Assembly (NCBI GenBank): GCA_903937325.1
Contig: CAIZYV010000065.1
Span: 1-43,243, forward strand
Length of the DNA: 43,243 nucleotides
DNA from: Candidatus Falkowbacteria bacterium
GTDB lineage: Bacteria; Patescibacteriota; Patescibacteriia; Patescibacteriales; UBA12465
Reading direction: 5' to 3'
In this document: positions 1-6,790 of the stretch, one piece after another
Position numbering within the stretch: position 1 is the stretch's first letter
How the letters are laid out: the number at the start of each line of letters is the position of its first letter
The notes under the pieces: model-generated
What the model was told of the DNA's origin: nothing
Databases searched by the model: none
Seen by the model: the letters and a program-made list of their open reading frames with translations, nothing else
Made by a program: the position numbers and the translations under genes

Positions 1-1017
1 AATGCCACACCCACGCTGAAAACCTAAATCACGTTGCCAAAGTTCTGGATTCTGCCACAACATGACGGCACCAGCCAAAAATAAAGGAGTCCAAGCCGAA
101 GATAGACGCCCGCGACGCCAAGTATAAAGCATAATACTACCCATCAGCAATGAGCGCCAAGCAGAAGCTTGAGATCCGCTTAAAACGACATACGCGGAAG
201 CTAAAAACAAAGACGGCCAAGCGGCTTGATTCTTATTTAAACCAAAATAGATAAATAAACCGAGCAAAAGATTAAGAAATAAACTAATATGGCCGCCGGA
301 AATAGCGACTAAATGGCTTAAGCCCGCTTTTTGAAAATTTACCTCTTCTTTTGGGTATAAAGTTTTTTTATAGCCCAGAAGAAGAGCGGCAGCTAACCCA
401 GCGGCAGGCTCCGGCAAGGCCGCATTTATCTGGAGTAAGGCCTGTCGTTTAATAAACAAAAGAGAACGCATTAATTTCTGGCCGCCTGCCTGATTTTCAG
501 CCTGCAAAATCTGTGGCCAAACACAAAGACCACCGACACCCTTGGCCGCTAGATAAGCGGCGTAATCGAAATCGGCAAAAACTGGCGGCTTTTCCAAGCG
601 GCAGCGAACGCTAAGTTTATCGCCATAAAATACGCGCGGATAAAGAGGTAAATTAGCCGCTACTTTTTCCCTGCTCGCCCCCTGAGAAAAAGAAGGGCTT
701 AAAGGACACAAAACAACTATTTGTTTATCCCAAGCCGGCTCCGGATCGGCACAAACTTGAAAATTCCAAATCTCTGTCCGCGTAAAATAAGAACGTAAAT
801 AAATATCTACTGGAAAGACGTTCTGCGCTCGCCAAAAACCGACACTCAGGCAAAATAAGAAAAAACAAACATAGCGCCAGCGCGGCCGAGTACGACTAAT
901 AAGAGTTAAAAGCAAAAAAAATAAGGGCCAAAAACGCGGCCAAGACCAAACAAAAAAAGTAGACCCGAAAAGTCCAAAGAAAAAAGCGCCAAGATACCAA
1001 AAAAGAGATGGAGCCAT
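1..1017 (-). CDS. comEC: ComEC/Rec2 competence (DNA uptake) channel protein, 3' part runs off the window
   Basis: Not in the ORF track. Manual translation from ATG at 1017 (MAPSLFWYLGAFFFGLFG...) stays open to base 1. It has a hydrophobic N-terminus, FDYAAYLAAKGV, LAAALLLG, FQKAGLSHLVAISGGHI (ComEC signature) and DLGFQ. Confidence 0.93.
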   Translation of the reverse strand, partial: MAPSLFWYLGAFFFGLFGSTFFVWSWPRFWPLFFLLLTLISRTRPRWRYVCFFLFCLSVGFWRAQNVFPVDIYLRSYFTRTEIWNFQVCADPEPAWDKQIVVLCPLSPSFSQGASREKVAANLPLYPRVFYGDKLSVRCRLEKPPVFADFDYAAYLAAKGVGGLCVWPQILQAENQAGGQKLMRSLLFIKRQALLQINAALPEPAAGLAAALLLGYKKTLYPKEEVNFQKAGLSHLVAISGGHISLFLNLLLGLFIYFGLNKNQAAWPSLFLASAYVVLSGSQASAWRSLLMGSIMLYTWRRGRLSSAWTPLFLAGAVMLWQNPELWQRDLGFQRGCGI

Positions 1018-1023
1018 CTCTTT
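999..1023 (-). terminator. Terminator-like hairpin downstream of prfB, overlapping the comEC start codon
   Basis: mRNA reads AAAGAGAUG-GCUC-CAUCUCUUU-UUU: a perfect inverted repeat (1002-1011 / 1014-1023) running into a U-tract. Confidence 0.55.
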
Positions 1024-1029
1024 ATTATA
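1024..1029 (-). promoter_or_regulatory. Consensus -10 box 6 nt before the comEC ATG (leaderless-type promoter)
   Basis: TATAAT-AAAGAG-ATG on the minus strand; no convincing -35. Confidence 0.5.
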
Positions 1030-1068
1030 TAAATCAAGCTTAAATTCTAAATAAACGCGCCGACGCTC

Positions 1069-2166
1069 TTAAGAATTATCCCGTCGCCAATGTAAATAAG
1101 CGGCAATAAAATCTTCCAAGCGTCCATCCATAACTGCCTCGACGTTTGTCTCCTCAAAATTACTACGATGGTCTTTAACAAGCCGATTACCATAAAACCA
1201 ATAAGAGCGCACTTGCTGGCCCCATTCGGCCTTAACCACGCCGCCCTTCAGACGCCTTTCTTCCTCCTCCTTTTTCTGCAATTCCCGTTGTACTAATTTT
1301 GCTCTTAAGACCGAAAAAGCATTTTCTTTATTTTGATGCTGAGAGCGTTCACTTTGACAGCTAACCGTAATGCCAGTCGGTAAATGAACCAGACGCACGG
1401 CCGAGTCGGTAGTATTCACACTCTGTCCGCCTGGACCGCTGGAGCGAAAAACATCCAAACGGATATCTTCATCTTTAATAACTATGGCGGCGGCGGGAAT
1501 ATCCGGAATCACCTCGACCGAAGCGAAAGAAGTTTGGCGCAAACCATCGGCGTTAAAAGGAGAATTACGCAATAAACGGTGAGTACCATTTTCGCTTTTC
1601 AAATTACCATAAGCGCGCAGACCGCTTAATCTCATCATAACACTCTTAATACCAGCTTCATTACCGCTCAAACGATCAATAATTTCCGCTTTAAAGCCTT
1701 GGCTTTCGGCAAAACGTAAATACATTCTTTCTAGCATCTGCGCCCAATCCTGCGCATCAACTCCACCTGTGCCAGCATTAATACTAAGCAAAGCATCTTG
1801 ATCATCGTAAGGGCCGGTATAAAGTGAGGCCGTCTCTAAACGGCTCAAGTCCTTAGCTAAAGAAACAGCTTTTAAGGATAAATCAGCTAGCAACAGCTGA
1901 TCATTTTCCGCCTCCGCCAAGGATGCTAATTCCCGAGCCTCTTTTAAAGAAGCGGCTAAAAGCAGCCATTGCTGGTAATCTTTCTGCAATGTTTCCGCCC
2001 GACGACTAATTTTAACCGCTTGCACCTGATCCTGCCAAAAATCCGATGCCTCCATTTTTAAACGCAAACTATCGGCCTCAATCTTTAAAAGATCGACGCC
2101 CAAAAGTACCGCTAATTCGCGACGGCGTTCATCTAAACTATTAAAAATATTTTCCAGATTATCCAT
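1069..2166 (-). CDS. prfB: Peptide chain release factor 2
   Basis: GTGGVDAQDWAQML, SPF tripeptide (LLRNSPFN) and GPGGQSVNTTDSAVR. Single uninterrupted ORF. Confidence 0.97.
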   Translation of the reverse strand: MDNLENIFNSLDERRRELAVLLGVDLLKIEADSLRLKMEASDFWQDQVQAVKISRRAETLQKDYQQWLLLAASLKEARELASLAEAENDQLLLADLSLKAVSLAKDLSRLETASLYTGPYDDQDALLSINAGTGGVDAQDWAQMLERMYLRFAESQGFKAEIIDRLSGNEAGIKSVMMRLSGLRAYGNLKSENGTHRLLRNSPFNADGLRQTSFASVEVIPDIPAAAIVIKDEDIRLDVFRSSGPGGQSVNTTDSAVRLVHLPTGITVSCQSERSQHQNKENAFSVLRAKLVQRELQKKEEEERRLKGGVVKAEWGQQVRSYWFYGNRLVKDHRSNFEETNVEAVMDGRLEDFIAAYLHWRRDNS

Positions 2167-2184
2167 ATAAAAACATAGTACTAT

Positions 2185-2216
2185 AAAAAAATGCCCCCGT
2201 AAACAGGGACATTTTT
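2185..2216 (-). terminator. Intrinsic terminator of the r-protein operon
   Basis: mRNA AAAAAUGUCCC-UGUUUACG-GGGGCAUUUUUUU: stem plus U-run about 25 nt after the rpsI stop. Confidence 0.8.
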
Positions 2217-2241
2217 AGAAAAAAGGTAAAAATGATAAAAA

Positions 2242-2778
2242 TTAGCGCTTGCTCCACTGCGGTCTCTTTCTGGCACCCTTGAAACCGGGTTTCTTTCTTT
2301 CTTTCTTGCGCGGATCACGAGTTAAAAATTTATTAACTTTTAAAGCTTCTTTAAGCAAGGGGTCGAGAATCATTAAAGCTCGAGAAATACCGTGACGGCA
2401 AGCTTCAATTTGACCAGTAACACCACCACCTTTAACAATAATAGAAAAATTCAAATCACGAACATGACCAGTAGCCTTTAAAGACTGAGTAACAATATTA
2501 AGACCTTCGCCAACAAAATATTGAGAGCCCTTCTTACCATTAATCATAATGGCACCCTTACCATCTTTATACATGCGCACTTGAGCAACGGAAGTCTTAC
2601 GACGGCCGACAGTTTTAATATATTCACCGGTAAATTCAACATTTTCCCAAGACGGCGATTCCTTAACAGCTTCTTCAGCTACTATTTTCTTCGCTTTTGT
2701 GGCCTCTTTAGTGACCTCTTCAACAGTTTCCTCGGCCACCGTTTTTTTTACTTTGCTAGTTTTTAATTTCGTTTCCAT
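2242..2778 (-). CDS. rpsI: 30S ribosomal protein S9 with N-terminal extension
   Basis: GRRKTSVAQVR, GGGVTGQ, LTRDPRKKERKKPG and QWSKR C-terminus. Confidence 0.97.
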   Translation of the reverse strand: METKLKTSKVKKTVAEETVEEVTKEATKAKKIVAEEAVKESPSWENVEFTGEYIKTVGRRKTSVAQVRMYKDGKGAIMINGKKGSQYFVGEGLNIVTQSLKATGHVRDLNFSIIVKGGGVTGQIEACRHGISRALMILDPLLKEALKVNKFLTRDPRKKERKKPGFKGARKRPQWSKR

Positions 2779-2787
2779 AGAATGAGA

Positions 2788-3144
2788 TTATCTAATAATT
2801 AAGCGCTTCATCTGCGCATCGCGCAGCTTGGTCGGGGGTAGCATCTGCTTAACCGCTCGGCGCAAAACTTCTCCCGGATCCTTACTAAAGACTTCGGACA
2901 TTCTTTTTGTCTTTAAACCGCTGAGATAACCAGAAAAACTGAAATATTTCTTCTGTAAAAGCTTTTTGCCACTAAAAGACATTTTCGAAGCATTAATAAC
3001 TTCGACAATATCGCCGCCATCGATGTGAGGCAAAAATTCTGGCTTGTTTTTTCCGCGCAGAATCATAGCGATCTGGCTGGCTAGACGGCCGGAGGCCTGA
3101 TCACTAGCGTCAATTTTATGGATTTTTCTTTCAATTTTATTCAT
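2788..3144 (-). CDS. rplM: 50S ribosomal protein L13 (short, about 118 aa)
   Basis: IDASDQASGRLASQIAMILRGKNKPEFLPHIDGGD. Start moved to ATG 3144 (MNKIERK) to avoid overlap with rplQ. Confidence 0.95.
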   Translation of the reverse strand: MNKIERKIHKIDASDQASGRLASQIAMILRGKNKPEFLPHIDGGDIVEVINASKMSFSGKKLLQKKYFSFSGYLSGLKTKRMSEVFSKDPGEVLRRAVKQMLPPTKLRDAQMKRLIIR

Positions 3145-3160
3145 ATTGATTGCGCGTAAA

Positions 3161-3511
3161 TTAAACGAGTTCGATCTGCACCATTTCGGCACCGTCGCCT
3201 TGGCGCGGACCGAGTTTAGTCATGCGCGTATAGCCACCCGGACGATTAAAATAACGCTGACCTAAAACTTCCATCGCTTTTTTAACAGCATTTTTTTGAA
3301 GCAAAACCTTAATCAAGCCTCGACGAGCATTCAAATCACCAACCTTAGCAGAGGTAATCATTCTTTCTACTAGAGGGCGGACGACTAAGGCTTTCGCTTT
3401 GGTGGTCTTTACTTTTTCATAAATCAGGATGCTTGAGGCTAAATTACGGAGCATTAACTCACGTGGCCCTTTGGCACGATCCAAGATTTTATTCGCATTT
3501 TTATGACGCAT
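3161..3511 (-). CDS. rplQ: 50S ribosomal protein L17
   Basis: MRHK..., KVKTTKAKA, RPGGYTR, RQGDGAEM. Confidence 0.97.
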   Translation of the reverse strand: MRHKNANKILDRAKGPRELMLRNLASSILIYEKVKTTKAKALVVRPLVERMITSAKVGDLNARRGLIKVLLQKNAVKKAMEVLGQRYFNRPGGYTRMTKLGPRQGDGAEMVQIELV

Positions 3512-3538
3512 ATATTAAGAGTATTAGATAAGAAGCGT

Positions 3539-4345
3539 TTATTTCTTACTTTTCTTTTTTGTCGGCTTAACCGCATCTTCAACGGGGACGACCGCTTCTT
3601 CTTCAGTATTTAAAAGAGCGTCTTGAACCTCTTCTTCTAAAATCGGGGCCGATTCTAAAGATTGAGGCAAAAGCGCGCTGAACTGATCGACTAAAATTTG
3701 AGCCGCTTGATTAAAAGCTTCCATCGGGCTCAAAGTACCATCGGTGCGAAGATCAATCAGGAGCTTGTCCCAATTAGTCATCTTACCAACACGAGTATTT
3801 TCTACATCTAAGCTAACAGCCAACACCGGAGAAAAGATAGAATCAATTTCGATATAGCCTAATTCATTGTTTTCCCGCTTAGCACCTTCGCTCAAACGAT
3901 AACCACGGCCAGGGCGAGCAACTATCTCTACTTCCAAAAAAGCTTTTTCTTCGGTCAAAGTGGCTAAAACTAATTCTGGATTTTCTATTTCTACCTGACT
4001 GCTCTTAGTAATATCGGCAGCGGTGACAACTTTTTTGCCTTTAACTTTTAATTCCAAGCGAAGCTCTTCATCACCATGTATTTTCAAGCGCAATTGCTTG
4101 ATATTCAACATAATCTCCAAAACATCTTCCTGAATACCAGGGATAGTCATAAATTCATGACTCGCACCTTTGATTTTTACACCAACAACAGCGGCTCCCG
4201 GTAAAGAAGATAAGAGTACACGGCGTAAAGAATTACCCAAAGTCATGCCGTAGCCAGGATATAAAGGCTCAACGGTAATTACTCCTTCGTTTGCATTCTT
4301 CCCCGCAAGGAAATCTACTTTTTTTGGCAAAGCGATATTTTCCAT
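3539..4345 (-). CDS. rpoA: RNA polymerase alpha subunit, N-terminal domain only
   Basis: VEPLYPGYGMTLGNSLRRVLLSSLPGAAV, GRGY, IDSIFSPV; lies between rpsD and rplQ. Likely start ATG 4345 (MENIALP). Confidence 0.96.
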   Translation of the reverse strand: MENIALPKKVDFLAGKNANEGVITVEPLYPGYGMTLGNSLRRVLLSSLPGAAVVGVKIKGASHEFMTIPGIQEDVLEIMLNIKQLRLKIHGDEELRLELKVKGKKVVTAADITKSSQVEIENPELVLATLTEEKAFLEVEIVARPGRGYRLSEGAKRENNELGYIEIDSIFSPVLAVSLDVENTRVGKMTNWDKLLIDLRTDGTLSPMEAFNQAAQILVDQFSALLPQSLESAPILEEEVQDALLNTEEEAVVPVEDAVKPTKKKSKK

Positions 4346-4354
4346 AAAAACATA

Positions 4355-4426
4355 TACCAGCAACGCGCAGTTATACATCAGCCCCGTCGAAACGGTTCCG
4401 ACGCCTCCTCAGCGCGCTAGGCGGCA
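4355..4426 (-). ncRNA. Putative cis-acting structured RNA in the rpsD-rpoA spacer (unassigned family)
   Basis: GC-rich spacer with nested stems CGUCGGAA/UUUCGACG, UAGCGCGC/GCGCGUUG and UGCCG/UGGUA. The non-Watson-Crick pairs are G-U on the mRNA strand. Confidence 0.45.
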
Positions 4427-4427
4427 A

Positions 4428-5060
4428 TTATTTTGAATAATATTCGATGATCATCTGCACATTAATATTTGTTGGCAGATCGTTATCAGCTGGTTCATGC
4501 AAAACCTTTGCCTTTAAATCGGCAGCTTGCAGATTCAACCAGGCCGGCATTTCCGCTTTTTTCAATCTTTCGCTGATCTGCTTGAAATATGGACTCTTAC
4601 GGCTACGAGCACGAACGGAAATTTCTTGTCCCTGTTTAACGATATAGGAAGCAATATCAGTTTTCACATCATTAACGGCAAAATGACCATGGTTTACTAA
4701 TTGACGAGCCTGATTTCTTGACGTGGCAAAACCAAGACGGAAAATAACATTATCCAAGCGCATTTCTAACAAGCGTAAAAAATTCTTACCGGAATCACCA
4801 GGTTTCTTTGAAGCCTTTTCGAAGGTCAAGCGAAATTGCTTTTCCATCACGTTATAATACTTCTTCGCTTTCTGTTTTTCCATCAGCTGAGTACCATAAT
4901 CACTTAATTTACGGCGACCACGAGTCGGGCCATGAAATCCCGGAGGATAATTACGCTTAACCATGGCGCATTTCGGAGTATTACACCGCTCGCCTTTTAA
5001 GAATAATTTTTCGCCGACACGGCGACATTGCTGACAGCTACTGTCTAAATTTCTTCCCAT
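4428..5060 (-). CDS. rpsD: 30S ribosomal protein S4
   Basis: CQQCRRVGEKLFLKGERC, LEMRLDNVIFRLGF, ARQLVNHGH, IIEYYSK. Confidence 0.97.
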   Translation of the reverse strand: MGRNLDSSCQQCRRVGEKLFLKGERCNTPKCAMVKRNYPPGFHGPTRGRRKLSDYGTQLMEKQKAKKYYNVMEKQFRLTFEKASKKPGDSGKNFLRLLEMRLDNVIFRLGFATSRNQARQLVNHGHFAVNDVKTDIASYIVKQGQEISVRARSRKSPYFKQISERLKKAEMPAWLNLQAADLKAKVLHEPADNDLPTNINVQMIIEYYSK

Positions 5061-5075
5061 ATTGATGTTTTATTC

Positions 5076-5103
5076 AGATCCCTCGACTAAGCTCGGGATG
5101 ACA
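5076..5103. repeat. REP-like imperfect palindrome between rpsK and rpsD
   Basis: Minus strand TGTCATCCCGAGCTTAGTCGAGGGATCT; resembles GTCATCC...GGATCT extragenic palindromes. Single copy in the window. Confidence 0.5.
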
Positions 5104-5123
5104 GTTTAATTACTTAAATAAAC

Positions 5124-5738
5124 TTATACTCTTCTCGGCTTCTTCGGGCGGCAACCATTGTGAGGCACTGGAGTAGTATCCTTAATTGCTGATACTTCTA
5201 AACCATTGGCGTTTAAAGCGCGGATAGCTGCTTCTCTACCTGTACCGACTCCGGAAACAAAAACGCTAACTTCTTGCAAACCATATTCTTCTTTAGCTTT
5301 CTGGACAGCAATCTTGGTAATAATCTGAGCAGCATAAGGAGTCGCTTTTTTAGCGCCCTTAAAACCGGCCATGCCAGCACTCGCCCAAGAAATAACGTCA
5401 CCGTTAGCATCAGCTAAAGTAACCATGGTGTTATTATAAGTCGCATTGATATAAGCGTTGCCGACTTTAACCGTACGAGCAGCACGCTTTTTACGTTTTT
5501 TTACCAATTTCTTTTTAGCGCGCGCCTGCTTATTCTTTTCTAATTTTTGCTTGATTTCTTCCGGCAATTCTTCATCAGCTCCGGAATCTAAAGAAAAAGC
5601 CGGACCTTCATCGCGATCATCATCAGCATCTTCTGCAACGGCGGCTTTAGCCTGAACCGGAGCGACTGATGCATCAGTAGAAACAGGGGCGATTGCCGCA
5701 TTTTCTTCTTCAAGTTTTAAATTCTTTTCTTCGGACAT
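5124..5738 (-). CDS. rpsK: 30S ribosomal protein S11 with long N-terminal extension
   Basis: [43 protein letters not shown]. Confidence 0.97.
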   Translation of the reverse strand: MSEEKNLKLEEENAAIAPVSTDASVAPVQAKAAVAEDADDDRDEGPAFSLDSGADEELPEEIKQKLEKNKQARAKKKLVKKRKKRAARTVKVGNAYINATYNNTMVTLADANGDVISWASAGMAGFKGAKKATPYAAQIITKIAVQKAKEEYGLQEVSVFVSGVGTGREAAIRALNANGLEVSAIKDTTPVPHNGCRPKKPRRV

Positions 5739-5778
5739 AGTACTTTATTGATAAATTAATCGAAAGGGTGTCTAAGAC

Positions 5779-6171
5779 CTAGGTCTTTAAACCCGCCTTA
5801 GCACGACCACTCACAGCTGTTAAACGCTTATTACCGCGAACAGTACGACTGTTAGTCTTGGTGCGTTGGCCGCGAACAGGCAAATTACGCATATGGCGTA
5901 GACCGCGATAGCAACCGATTTCTTTCAATCGCTTGATATTGCTCGCGACTTCGCGACGCAAATCGCCTTCGACGGTATGCTTTTTTTCAATTTGTTCACG
6001 CAGAAGATTAGCTTCTTCCTCCTTCAAGTCTTTGACTTTCGTCTCTGGCTTGATATTGACCGCCGCTAAAATCTTCTTCGCTCGGCTGTTGCCGATGCCG
6101 TAGATATAAGTTATAGAGATATCAACTCGTTTGTCGTTGGGGATGCTTACACCCGCAATTCTAATAGCCAT
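5779..6171 (-). CDS. rpsM: 30S ribosomal protein S13
   Basis: [33 protein letters not shown]. Confidence 0.97.
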   Translation of the reverse strand: MAIRIAGVSIPNDKRVDISITYIYGIGNSRAKKILAAVNIKPETKVKDLKEEEANLLREQIEKKHTVEGDLRREVASNIKRLKEIGCYRGLRHMRNLPVRGQRTKTNSRTVRGNKRLTAVSGRAKAGLKT

Positions 6172-6217
6172 AATAATAAATGTTTAGATTCCGCTAATAG
6201 CGAATCCTAATGCTTAG

Positions 6218-6331
6218 TTATCCTTGTCTTTGCTTATGCTTGGGATTTTTACAGATCACATACACGCGGCCTTTGCGGCGGACAGTCTTACAATCCTTGC
6301 AGATTTTTTTAGCACTCGCTCTTACTTTCAT
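6218..6331 (-). CDS. rpmJ: 50S ribosomal protein L36 (zinc-ribbon type)
   Basis: Below the ORF-track cutoff. Manual translation gives [37 protein letters not shown]. Confidence 0.97.
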   Translation of the reverse strand: MKVRASAKKICKDCKTVRRKGRVYVICKNPKHKQRQG

Positions 6332-6388
6332 AAAGTAATAGAAAAAATATAAATAAAATGGGTTAAATCTAAATTAAAGCGCTTGTTA

Positions 6389-6646
6389 TTAGAGGCGGAA
6401 AACAACCCGGCCTTTAGTCAGATCGTAGGGGCTAATCTGCAAGCGTACGCGATCACCGGGAAGAAGGCGAATTTTATTCATTCTCATCTTACCGGAAAGA
6501 TGTGCCAATATTTCATGGCTGCTATCAAGCTTAACACGAAAAGTAGCGGCGGGCATAAGTTCTAACACTTCTCCCTGCATTTCTAAAAAATCTTTGGCAT
6601 TCAAAGTTTCCGTGGTCTCTTGATTTTTAGCTTTATGTTTTGACAT
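6389..6646 (-). CDS. infA: Translation initiation factor IF-1
   Basis: HEILAHLSGKMRMNKIRLLPGDRV and SPYDLTKGRV. Likely start ATG 6646. Confidence 0.96.
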   Translation of the reverse strand: MSKHKAKNQETTETLNAKDFLEMQGEVLELMPAATFRVKLDSSHEILAHLSGKMRMNKIRLLPGDRVRLQISPYDLTKGRVVFRL

Positions 6647-6738
6647 TAACACAAAAAAATTTGATAAAGACAGACTCTAGCCTTATCAAAATTTTTGAAA
6701 TATTCCTGTTTAATCTTTATTCGATGCTCAATGGCAAT

Positions 6739-6767
6739 AGTATATAGACAAGCGTGACAATTGTCAA
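6739..6767 (-). promoter_or_regulatory. Sigma70-type promoter of the infA/alpha operon
   Basis: TTGACA (6767-6762), 17 nt spacer, TATACT (6744-6739). Confidence 0.8.
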
Positions 6768-6790
6768 TACTAGGGCGTCAAGACGTCTCT

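Noticed and set aside
3145..3192. ORF-track 5' extensions (rplM; likewise murG 15427, UXS-like 23685, GT4 20242, lemA 40286)
   Set aside because: They overlap upstream genes or lack family similarity; downstream ATGs fit better.
4355..4426. tRNA or SRP RNA identity for the GC-rich spacer
   Set aside because: No cloverleaf, T-loop or CCA, and no SRP GGAA-loop/AGCAG motif.
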